This document shows, in pieces, positions 36,627-48,379 of a stretch of 64,000 nt of DNA. The first letter of the stretch is position 1, and each line of letters begins with the position of its first letter. This DNA is from Epiperipatus broadwayi. Its lineage: Eukaryota; Animalia; Onychophora. The stretch lies in the NCBI GenBank assembly GCA_028023455.1, contig JAQFVV010000010.1, positions 16,182,001 to 16,246,000 of the forward strand. The letters are read 5' to 3'. Both the position numbers and the translations under genes were made by a program. The notes under the pieces are model-generated. The model was not told the origin of the DNA, searched no databases, and worked only from the letters and a program-made list of their open reading frames with translations.

Positions 36627-37245
36627 TTATTCATTATTTTATACACAACTTATAATACTATTTCATATTTATATCAAAATCTTTATTATTTAACTACAAA
36701 AACTTTTTAACAAAGAAGTATAAGCTTCTCACAATAAAATATTTACTTAATAATCCAAACTTTTCACCATAATCGTTTTATTCATATAAACGTCAAAACA
36801 ATATATTTCATAATCGATCTCTGCCACTGGAAAAATACACATTAAGATATAGTTGTGCATTCACATATAAATATAAAATAAACCATCGGTTATCATAGTT
36901 TAAACATTTCAACTCAGTTATTAATGCAAAGATATTAACTTCCCCGAATTATTTAAAATAAGATTCAATCAAGATTCACAATAAAAATAAAATCTTTATC
37001 TAGTTTTTACAGGATTTCTCCATATAAACACACCTATTCAATTGTTTGAATAACCCTCAATAACAATTTAATTTTCTTTCTTTTAAAACCTTAAATTATT
37101 TTTATAATTTTCTGACATGATATAAAATGATATAGTTATTATAATAATAATTTTTAATAATCATTCATTTAATTAAAAATTAGCCAGTAATGAATAATAC
37201 AGAAATCTTAATCATTATTGGATATAATTCTATTTTTTATATATA

Positions 37246-38212
37246 CACCTTGGTCTCTTTTTACGTGGACTTATTTAACACGATTTTGAAATTATGCGAT
37301 TCATGTTTCACTGGAAGTCAACCTCCGAAAATGCGCTATTACTTTAAATAATAAATTTTGCGCACTTACGTTATATTGAAAGTAATAGCACTTTATTGGA
37401 ATTCGACTTTCATCTTAGTAATTTCAATATTTTCAGTGCTTTATAATAGTAAGATTTTATGCAATAATGAAATTAAAACCATGATTTCCACATTTTATGT
37501 ATACACACATTAAATTTTACAAGATTATAATGTAAATTTGTTCAAACATTGTGTGTGTTAATTTTGAATTTTAAATCACATTCTGTTTTTGCTTTTTAAA
37601 AAAGAACGTAATCAATTATTATTTTCTTATTAATGACACTAATTATTAACATGCTCTTAAATTCCAACGAGAGCTAAATGGTTGTATGTCTGGATATCGC
37701 AAGCTTCATAAACAATTAATAAAATCATCGTCTCAAAGATTAATTACTAATTACGTTGTCACCAGAAAATCATTAACACAACATGAGAATGAAGTTGGTG
37801 CTAGTTGTATTTCCTCTTGAGAAGAATCTGATTTTTTTACCAGTTTGCAAACGAACCTGTTTATCAATAATAATTAAAATGTGTATAAAAAAATGTAAAT
37901 TATTGTACTGTAAATTATGCATAAAAATATATTATTTTGAATAAAATTAAATATTATAGTTAAAAAAAGTTTGTCTTGTATCAATTTTTTTCAAATTTGA
38001 AATTTTTTATTAGTCATATTTTATTTCCTTATTTTTTTTTTTTTGCGCGAATTTTAAAGTAATTTTACGTTGGTGCTTTGCTTTTATGGAATTTTGAAAA
38101 ATCACAGATCGCATCCCCCCCTTTTCAATATAAGTTACGTCTATTTTTGCGTGATTTCGTTTGCGCGTGTTTTCTGAGGAACCTATCTATCGCGTAAAAC
38201 AAGACCCAGGTG
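37246..38212 (+). mobile_element. pogo/Tigger-family non-autonomous element (967 bp) with TA TSD
   Basis: TA|CACCTTGGTCTCTTTTTACG ... CGCGTAAAACAAGACCCAGGTG|TA; internal transposase-tail remnant. Confidence 0.85.
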
Positions 38213-38529
38213 TACAGTATATTCAGACTAGACTGTTTAACAGTTTAAGCAAGATGAATTCTTTTTCTTTTTAAACAATCAAACAATAAAAGAGGTGTTT
38301 GTCTGTGTGTCTTGTTTCAACTTTTAAGTTAAGGGTGCTTAAACATCTTTTTTTAAAAAAAATCAATTTAAACAAAAACTTTACATAAAAGAAATAATCT
38401 AAAACTATATATGTTGTGTTTGGTCTGGATCACAGCATCAGTATTATAATTAATATATTTATTATATTTATATATATATGTAACACAGAATAATATAGTT
38501 CTACTGTGGACTCTTGGATCCAACCTTCA

Positions 38530-40830
38530 CAATCTACCACTTCCAGCTACACATGATAGCTTGCCTCATGAGTAGGGAGAACAACTCTTCTGGCTGTACC
38601 GGGCAGCTTGCCTTGAGTCGACAATAGTCTTAGCAGCATCTGGTCTTTATGTTGGATTATCTAGCTTCAAGGACAAATAGAGTATTGCCATCATAAGAAT
38701 GCTTACTGCTGTTTAAGGTAGTAGGCTGAAATCCTTGACCTCACTGGAGCATTCAGATTTCAGCGGAAAGTCCACTTCTGAGGGAACGGAGAACTATAAC
38801 ACCCCTCACTAAATATTAGCCCTAGAGAACATAGCCACAGATGTGCTGGAGGATGGCTAATCCATTTTGGCAGTTCTTCTGGTTTGTTGCTATCTTCAGT
38901 AGGTTGGTCCTCCTTGTTTGCAATCCTTGTCTCTGGAGATTTATTCATTGTGGCTGCATCTACATAATTCATTCTAAGTTAATTCTGAGGATGATGATGT
39001 TGACATCCATCTACTGTTTTGGCTACTGCAGTGTGGAATCCTTTCTCTTGAATTATGACTGCTGGGATCCAGTTAGTGAATCCACTATACATTCTGCATA
39101 GTATATTAGTCTCTATTTGCAATTTGATATTGTCCTTTTCTTGTTTTCGCACATTTGGATTAGGTTTCAGAGCTGATAAATTAGTTCACAAACTTCTATT
39201 AAAAAGTAGTTTGGCCATAGTTTTTCCCATTGCTGTAGTTGGTGTAGAGTGCTGTGACAACATTCTGGCTGTATGGGTGTTTCAGTTTCCTGCGTCCATC
39301 TCTGTATGCAATTTTTTAGTCTCTTGAACCAATCTCTCAGCTTGGCCATTGCTTTCAGGGTGAAATGGTGGTCTGAAAACTAGCTCAATGCCATTATTGT
39401 CACAAAAGTTTTTAAATGCCACTTCAGTAAATGTTGTGCCATTATCTGAGACTATAGTTTTAGGAAGCCATTGGTAGTAAATAGCCCGCCAAGCACTTAT
39501 ATTGTTGCAGTGGTCTGGAGTGATGGAACTTCAACTACATCCATCGACTTAGAATATGAATTGACTACTATTAATAGCAGTTTGCTTTTCCATGGACCAG
39601 CATGGTCCATATGGAATCTAGTCCAGGGACCTTCAGGTTTAGGCCAGTGAATTGTTTTGTCTTTTTCTGGCATATTATGATTCATTTTGCAATGCCAGCA
39701 GTGGTGGACTTTAGACTTAATATATGTCTAAAGTTAGCCACCATATGTATAACCTTGCTAGCATTTTCATTCAGACTATCTCTGGATACCCATTATGTAA
39801 CAGATTGAGCACTTGGATCATCCAGCTAGGGAATTACTACTTTGGATCCCCAGATAATACAGCCATTTTTAATTGAGAGCTTCAGCCTTTGTGCCCAATA
39901 GACTGGATGCAAGTCCTTTGGTTGCTTATTTGGCCAACCCTGCTGGATACATTTTTGAACTTTTTAAGGACCCAGGGTCATTTGTGGTCCACTTGGCCAC
40001 TGATTTACTGTTCAGTGGTGTATTTGTACCCAAATCAATTATGTTAACTGACCGACATTTTGTAGTTAGCTTATCTGCAGGCAAATGATTTAATGCATCT
40101 ATTTGGGGAATATATTTTCCCTCAATGTATTGTAGTGTAAAATTATACCGTGATGAAAAATTAAACCATCTCAGCATTCATGGTGAGGCATACCGAGGGA
40201 CTCCTTTGTCGGCTGCAAAGCTGCCCAATAGGGTCTGTAATCAGTTTGCAGTGTGAATGATCTACGATAAAAATAGTCATGAAATTTTTTAATGCCATTG
40301 ATCAAAGCCAGAGCCTCTCTATCAATCTGGGCATAATTTTTCTCAACCTTTGAAAGACACTTTGATGTAAAGGCAATAGGGCAGTGTGACCCATAAACAT
40401 TCCTATGGTACAACACCACCCTTGTTCCTATTGGCAATGCATTGCATGTTAGTACCAGTACCTTTTCAGGGTCAAAGTGTGCAAGCACCATAGTATCAGA
40501 TATTAGGTTTTTTACTTTTTCAAAGGCATTATTATGATTACTGTCCCACTTGTAGACTGTTTTTTTTATTCAGTAGCTTGTATAGTAGTTCAGCTGCCTC
40601 AGTTTTATGGTATTAAAACCCTTCATAGTAATTTATGAGTCCCAAGATGGACTGTAATTCTTTCTTGTTACTTGGTGTTATAGCTTTTTTAATATCCATA
40701 ACTTTCTTTTGAGTAGGATGAATGCCATTTGCATCTATCCTAAATCCTAGAAACTCAAGTTCTTTGGCTTCAAATATGCACTTATTCAAGTTTATCCTTG
40801 TGCCTAATGCTTTAAACTTATCAAGAGTTT
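38530..40830 (-). mobile_element. Ty3/Gypsy pol remnant (RT end, RNase H, integrase)
   Basis: KLNKCIFEAKELEFLGF; LAHFDPEK...PIAFTSKCLSKVEKNYAQIDREALA (RNase H); WPKPEGPWTRFHMDHAGP; TIVSDNGTTF...PPFHPESNGQAER (integrase). Frameshifted; no LTRs identified. Confidence 0.92.
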
Positions 40831-41599
40831 TTTCTTACTTTTAGAAGATTTTCATTTTCACTATGAGGCAGAAAAATAGATTTATAACATCAATGAGAAC
40901 ATAAATTCCAAACAAGAAAGTGGAACTACTGCAACTGAAGTGTTAAATTAACAATTACAAATTTTTAATTCGAGTAAGTTTGCTTGCATATTCGTATTTT
41001 TACATGTATATTTTCCTCCTTAAATGGATATTTCTTAACTATGGGTCTGGAATGGATTATCTCTAAATACATATCTTTCAATATAAGCTACAATGAATGG
41101 ATGATATAATGAATGATTTTCCGGAAGAATCAATTCACTTTACCACTCTTCACTGTATATGCAGGAGAGAGAGAGAGAGTGGTTTGAGACAGATTAACTT
41201 CTATCTTCTTAGCTGTTATTTCTAATTGCTTCTTTAATTATTTAATCTGCTCTTAGATGATGGTATTGGTCTCTGAAGAATAAAAGCTTGTTTTTGCAGT
41301 CCAGGTACTTACTAATTTGGAGGTTGGCAAAAAACAATCTAAAATATTTTATTATTTAATAAACACTATCATTAATTAAAAAAAACGGTTAATAGTTGAT
41401 GCAGTCAAGTGCATGATTTTAATATCTTTATTTGCAAACATATGCACTCATTGAAAAATCTCTATTGACTGATACATGACATTATATTTTATAAATATTT
41501 TTCATTAGCATAAATTTTTTTTCAAATATCTGGTAGTCTTCTATTTCTGTGAAAAAGATATTCCTTATTTTCAAGGTTAGGAAATGATTATTTGTTACT

Positions 41600-43900
41600 T
41601 ACTGGTTACAGATATTGATGTATTTCCTTCAATAATTATCTTAGTTGAGGATATTTCTGATATGGTCTCCCTTGGCTGTTGTTTGGCATCAGATGTTTGA
41701 AGATATCAAACTGTCATTATATATTTCCAAAAATGATTTAGATGCCACCATTTTCTGTTTTAATTTATTGCTGTCTTGATAACAATGGCATGATTTCTCT
41801 CTTAAACAATATTCTTTAAATTGCCTTATATCCAGACTATATCAATTGTGACAAATTTGGATCTTTGACTTTTCTAATGTTTGATTAATTGTAGGGAGAA
41901 AAAATAAGCATTTTCTCAAACATTTCCTATAAATACTTCAACCAAGGATTTCATAATTTCTTTTGATAGTGTGTTAAAGCAGTGTTGCCGAAAACATGTC
42001 TTCTACATTGAAAGTGCAACATTATTTTGCTCAACATTTTATGTTGAATAGCTTTTAAGCCAAATCATTTGCTTTATGGTGTTATAGTGGAATGAGTAGA
42101 TGGGTTATTCTTCAAAAAAAAAGATATTCAAAAAATTTTAATGAAGCAAACCCAGTGCCATTATGAGTGATTACTTTCTGTTGGTCCACAGCTAGTAAAA
42201 ACTTTCCTGAATTTGATGATTATATCCTCACTATTAATACTGTACTTAAAACAAGTTTGTATTCACACTATACAATTGGCAAAGACAAGTTACTTATGGT
42301 CATGAGACATATTCTTTAATAGAGCAACTATTCATTTTTTACTTCTCCTAATATAATTTTTAAGATCTTTATTCAGTATTAACTATCATACATAAACATG
42401 ATTGGAGCTTTTGCAGTATAATTCAGTATACCTTCATGTATCAATGACAGAACCTCAATGCTTCTATTGAGAAGAATAATAGCTTGATCATCCATACAAC
42501 CCTTTAATATTGTCACACATATTTCAAAATGCCTTTAAAAATTATGGAATAACTCATAGGATAGAGTTGCTTAATCTATTTTAGTAAAAGCTGCTAACTT
42601 GGATGTTGTTTAGTACAGGAAGCTACAATCTTGCTGCTGATCACAACTGATTGGATGGTACCTATATAGTTCTTCCCAATCTTTTCATGATAAGGTTTGC
42701 ACTATCAAGAATTCTTGATAATGCATCATCATAGATTATCTGAAAAATCTAAGTAAAAAGCAATTCCAATATGTTCTTTCCACATATGATTTGCAGGCTT
42801 ATATAGTCTGGACTAGATTTATATCTTTAAAAATATCCAATAGTTTATGATTAATTAATTATTTTAAACAATCTTCCATATAAATATTATTAGAATTTTT
42901 AAAAAAAAAATATGACTGATCTATCCTCCTTAAATAATTGGCTGTAATTTTTCTCAGCATTGAATATAATTCTAAAAGTATATGCTACTGGTTTCTCATC
43001 TTTATGTAAGATGTGTCAAAACAGTTTCAACTCTTTATGCTGAGTTATTAAAATCACATATGATTCAATAGTATAATGTACCAATAAATGGTTTGAGCTG
43101 AATAGTTCCTTAATTAATTGAAATATTCCTTTTTGGGCTGCACTTAACTACCACATGGGTCTTTATATAATTTATAAAGGGATCTTGCTACACAAATTTT
43201 TCCCTTTCCACAAAAGATGATAGTTGTTGAAGCATCCTTTATAACCTTAGCATTTTCTGGAGAATTTTTTATCTTTATGACTTTACATTATCAAAGAAAT
43301 TATTCTGTCAGATATTCCATTTATATTTATATGAGTTGAGGCTTAGTTATGAATTTATTTAATTTCTCATATTTTTACAATGGATTATTTTAGCTTAGAT
43401 CTCCATTTCCCAGTAATCAGAATATGATCAAAGTATGAGATCATATTCTCTATTCACTGTCTAAATATGCCATTTGTTTGAAAAACATTAGAATCTGTGA
43501 TGTTAAATAGCAGATGGTTTCCCCTATGTAGGTGATTAAAGTCAAAATTTTGCTGATATAGTGTCACTTGTAATCTAATGGAATTATGACTGCATATGCA
43601 GTTTTGCAAAATTATAAGCAATTTTGCATGAAACCAGAATCTCTTCTATGAAATATTGAATACACATTTTTTCCATGCTTTCATTGGTAGAATGCTGATA
43701 ATTGCTACATAAATGAATGATACTATTTGAATTTTATGCAAATGACACTGTTCTAGGGTTTGTATGATATTGGAATTGCTTTATCCCTGTTTCACATTGA
43801 TTGGTAATGTCAGAATGCTATTTAATCAGGCTCAAACAATTTGGAAGTCTGGCATGAAGTGCTTTTTTCTTTATACTTAAAACTATAACTAGAGCAATTT
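41600..43900 (-). mobile_element. Older, more decayed Ty3/Gypsy pol remnant
   Basis: YFDHILITG (YxDD-like, ~43430); EKPVAYTFRIIFNAEKNYSQ (RNase H, ~42960); KVITHNGTGFAS and HHKANDLA (integrase, ~42100-42170). Confidence 0.65.
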
Positions 43901-44694
43901 CTTTTGTAGTTTAAATCACTCTTGGCCTAAGAAAGAGGTTATTTTGCTCTTGAATATATATTGTTATATTATTATATTTAATTCAATTAAATATGTGAAA
44001 GCCTTAATGACCCATAGATTGAAATTGTGTTTTCATTTAACTTTTGAACCCCCAGGTTGTTGTTTTTTAACTGCATAATAATTTTTCTCGTGATTTTTAA
44101 CCTTGTAGAAGGCTTCATTGTACGATTTTTGTTAAAAGTAAATATTTGATTTTCTATGAATATTGTTCCATTGTTTTCATTTTATTTTAAAAATTTCTTT
44201 ATCTTTTAAGATTAACCTGTTTTTCCTTAATACTATAAAAAAGACAAATTAGTCATATGGACTTTTCATTTGCAGATTATACAGGTTTCCTTAAATTATG
44301 TAATTTGCTGCTATATGTTATAATTTTTCTTATGAGAAGCTCTTCATGTTGGGAGTTACTTTTTTTTTTTCTGACTATAAAAGAACATTACTTTTAGAAA
44401 GAAGTTTCTGGAAAACTGTAGAAAATGTAAAGCTTGAATTTCTCAAGATCTCCTTTTTGGTTTAAAACTATTTCATAAATTAGATTTTTCTTAATTGCAT
44501 TGTTTATATAAAGCTAAGATCAGGCAACAGTTTCTGATGAAGCCAATCATTAGATATATGTATCAAAAATTGCTTAAGCAATACCTTGACATGGAAATAA
44601 GCTTTAGTCAGGTCTCAAAGCTGCAAATCCTTTTTTAAATCTCTCTCTCTCTCTCTTGATCTGGAAACTATGCCAAAAGTGTAGATGAAAAGTA

Positions 44695-44776
44695 TGATGA
44701 TATGATTATATAGCATTAAAATAATCTATTCATTTTGATGATATGATTATATAGCATTAAAATAATCTATTCATTT
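44695..44776. repeat. 41-bp exact tandem duplication
   Basis: TGATGATATGATTATATAGCATTAAAATAATCTATTCATTT twice. Confidence 0.9.
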
Positions 44777-46299
44777 TTAAAACTACATTGTATGAGAATT
44801 TCTCTGAAAATTTGAACTTACACATATAGTTAGTTATTTCTATTACTTAGTTTCAAAAAATCACAGCAGTATTTCTATTTTGATAGTTTGTCCTCTATTC
44901 CATTGATCAAAAAGAACTTAAGAGTATCATCCATTAGGAATGTTAATATTAAATTATGACATACTCTACTTCCTTATATAATAAAATGCTAAATACGAGT
45001 TCTGGTAAAGGTATATATATATATACCATCTTTATTTATTAAAACATACACAGAAAAAATTCCATGCTGATTTTCTCACAAATATTTATTGTCTAATAGT
45101 AAAAAATAAGCACTATTTTTCTCTCATAAATATTATAATTAACGTTAATAAAATATCAATGATTTTATTAATAAAATTTAGTTTACTGTTCTAATAAATT
45201 AAACATAAATTCATATCGATATTTAGTTTATTAGGCCAAACCACTATTTTTACCCTGCACTTTAGGCTTCTAATAACTTTCCAAAAATTTAGTTACATGT
45301 CCACATTAAACATTGATTTTGATAGCAATTTTATATTCATCATAGAAATAAAAAGTTAATTTCTTTCTATAATAGAAGACTATGTGCTGCTGAAAATGAA
45401 ATTTCTTGCTATAATAACTTGAGCTCAATAAAATTTAATTTTCCAATAGAATATAGTTTCCAGATTCAATTCTTTGACACCACTAATAATTCCTTAAATG
45501 AAAATTTTTCAGTACCTTTGTATTATGACAATAATGTTCAAAGTCTCAGTTCAATACAATAAAATTTCTATAATAATAGCATTGAGACTCTTTCATAATT
45601 TTTCCAAAATGCAATTAAAAGAGAGATTATTTGAATGATTTTTTAGTGTTTGCTAATCTAATCTATTTTAATATCAGTTGGTATTCTGAATCTCAATTAA
45701 TCCTGGAAGAAATAAGATTGAATTTTAATAACTACAAAATAGGAGTTTATTTCTACCATATATTTTTAATAATATGTGCTTGAAGTAGGATCATTCTTTT
45801 TATACATCAGTTCAAAATAATAATTGAATAGTACATTGTCTCATTACCATATATATGGACCAATGGTTAGTGATCTGCAGTGATGTCAAATGATCTGCCA
45901 TATGAATGCTAATATATTAAAGCTCTTTGTTAGATAATTAATTTCTGTCTTCACTAGACAAAATATATGGAACATTTTGAATTTGATCTATCTTGGCATA
46001 TATTGAGTATATTATTAATCTTGCTTATACCCTGTAATAGTGTTTCCCAAACTTTTCACATGGTGGAATTTCCTGAAATTTTAATGGAACACCTTGGTTA
46101 TTTTATAGGGTAGGTGAATATTAAAAAACAAATAAAACAAGAAATATAAGAATTAAAAAATAATAATAAACATTTCAAATTTTAATTATAATTATATAAG
46201 AGATTTGAACACAGACTTTCCAAGCTCCCTTCAGCTATCCATTGTATGTCATACAACTGATATATATGCTCATATACATGTGAAAAGGATAAATAATCT

Positions 46300-46338
46300 C
46301 CAATATACATATTTTGTGGTTCAGCACTCATCAGTTGT
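46300..46338 (-). ncRNA. Family A hammerhead motif, decayed
   Basis: ACAA-CTGATGA-GTG-CTGAAC-CAC-AAAA-TATGTA-TA-TTGG; G12 to A at a former CpG. Confidence 0.6.
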
Positions 46339-46773
46339 TCCAGATCATCATCTCCCATGCACATATATATATATATATATAATCAGTGCTTGATTTATAT
46401 TAAGATAGAAAATACCCAAGCTTTAATGGTTAGGCTTCAATTTACTCCAACTCTTTAGTCATGTATATTGAAAATCTGATATAATGCCAAAATCCCATGT
46501 TGATACCAATATTATTGTCATGCCCATGTTGACTCTAACTCATTCTGACCCCTCATATATAGGACCTTATCCATTTAAATACACATAAGAGCAAGATATA
46601 TCCTGAATCTAAAATATTTGATTGAATATAAGTATCAGATTTTCCATGGTATGGATGGCTGAAGAATTGGAGGATAGAATAGAATGAAGCCTGCCCATTA
46701 AAGCTAAAGGATTTGCTACCTTAGTATAAACCCAACACTTATTATATATGTGTGTGGGAGATGATGATCTGGA

Positions 46774-46817
46774 CCAACTAATGAGTGCTGGTTCAACATG
46801 AAACATGTATATATTGG
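46774..46817 (+). ncRNA. Family A hammerhead motif, decayed
   Basis: CCAA-CTAATGA-GTGCTG-GTT-CAACAT-GAAA-CATGTATATA-TTGG, with extended stem I GATGATCT/AGATCATT. Confidence 0.6.
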
Positions 46818-48379
46818 AGATCATTCATCTTTTTCACGTGTGTGATCAAGTTTATCAGTTGTATGAGATAGAGCGGATAGCTGATGGGAACTTGAAAGTT
46901 TAGGTTCAAATCTCTTATATAATTACATCTAAAATTCTAGGTATATAAATTCAACTTGAATTCAATCAAATTTTAATTAGGTAAAACAAAATACATGATA
47001 AACTAGCATATGTATACTAAAATTATATTCTTAACATCTTTGAAGTTTTTGTCTTTGAATTACAAATTCTTTTGATATCAAGCAGAAAATTAGAAAGCTA
47101 GAATCTCCTATCTGGCATAGCATAGCATCTATTTCTGTATTTTGATTTGGTTGCAGCATATGATGAAAATCCTGCCTCATATAAATATTTTGTTATAAAA
47201 GAAAGCAAAACAGAATATTGGGCTATTCTTCTGTTAAACTTATCCATAAATCATTTAATGAAAGTTCATTGAATTTTTGTTTTAAATCAGTCACTAATTA
47301 AATCAATTAGATTTTCATAAATCACTTGTGCCAAAGTCTATTGATTTACTTGTCATTATAAATGGATTCCAAAACCCAGAAATTGTTCTCATCAAACTTT
47401 GAAAAATTGCATTGATTGTAAATCATACAAATGTTCTAAAATTTACACTGGAAACATCATCATCTACTTGAGAATTAATTTCATTAAAAGTTCATGCAAG
47501 ACAGTGAAACAATTATAAAAATCCAGATTTGTAATTTTCTATCAAAAGACATAATTTTATCTCTTGTATTAAAAATTGTAATATTATTTCCCTGTAATGA
47601 TAAATTAATTTTATTGCATTTAGAAAAAAACATCTGCCAAACATGCAAGACTTATCAACCATGAAGAATTTGTTAAAAATTCAAAGAAATTCTGTCCTAA
47701 ATTATTTGATGTGAAAAACCCCAATAATTCACTATGAAGTTCAAAAAGTCTCAATAGTGTTTATCCTTTGGATAGTTATCTCACTTTGGTATGTAATAAA
47801 AGTGCAATATATTTACTACCCATTTCATTGCACAAAATTTTAAGTAATATTGATTGAAGTAGTTAATATTTTACATAATTGATAATTTAAATGACTTAAT
47901 CCAAAAATAGTTTTTAAATATGTTTTTTTTTTTTTTGCCACTAATGTTTGCCTTTGCAAAATGCAATAACTTTTTATGGCTTTTGTAGCTATTGTGCAGC
48001 ATTTAAAGTCACAAGGTATATATTAATTTTCATAATTTTTCCCAGAACACTTATTGACTTTCTATGAAACACTAGTGTATATGCAGAACATAGTTTAAGG
48101 AAATGCTGTGTGATAATTTCATCCATCTAGTGTCAGTGAATTTCACAATCATTGTTATAATTTAACATCGATTCCTCACTATTGAAAAGTTAGTCCCATT
48201 TTGCTATAAGCGAATTATCTTTTTAAAAAAAATAGTACCTAAAAAGAATTGTAACTGATTCATATTAGATGAGTGCAGGAACATCTAAAGATGGCTGATT
48301 GCTTTTTTCTGATGAATGGATCCTAGAAAATTGATATATTTCATTTACCACATAGCAAATTAAATTTGTTTAAATTAAA

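Larger units (their letters stand above)
46189..46965. mobile_element. Family A locus 4: 777-bp inverted-pair insertion with 14-bp TSD
   Basis: 46189-46600 and 46610-46965 are in opposite orientations; TCAAATTTTAATTA at 46175-46188 and 46966-46979. Confidence 0.9.
46038..48350 (-). mobile_element. hAT (Buster/Charlie-type) transposase fossil
   Basis: TIR-like TAGTGTTTCCCAAAC at 46038. Minus-strand YCILQRQTLVAK (C(2)H motif) and LLSFITKYLYEAGFSSYAATKSKYRNR...PDRR.. (hAT dimerisation domain, ~47050-47250). Family A is inserted at 46189-46965. Confidence 0.8.

Noticed and set aside
40845-40973. Exon-like segment with AG/GTAAGT borders
   Set aside because: It has two in-frame stops, and the acceptor lies in the edge of the Gypsy remnant.
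48308-48345. CTGATGA...GAAA at ~48310 (also CTGATGA at ~22050, ~44535, ~5235 minus) as hammerheads
   Set aside because: No compatible stem I/III or NUH triplet.
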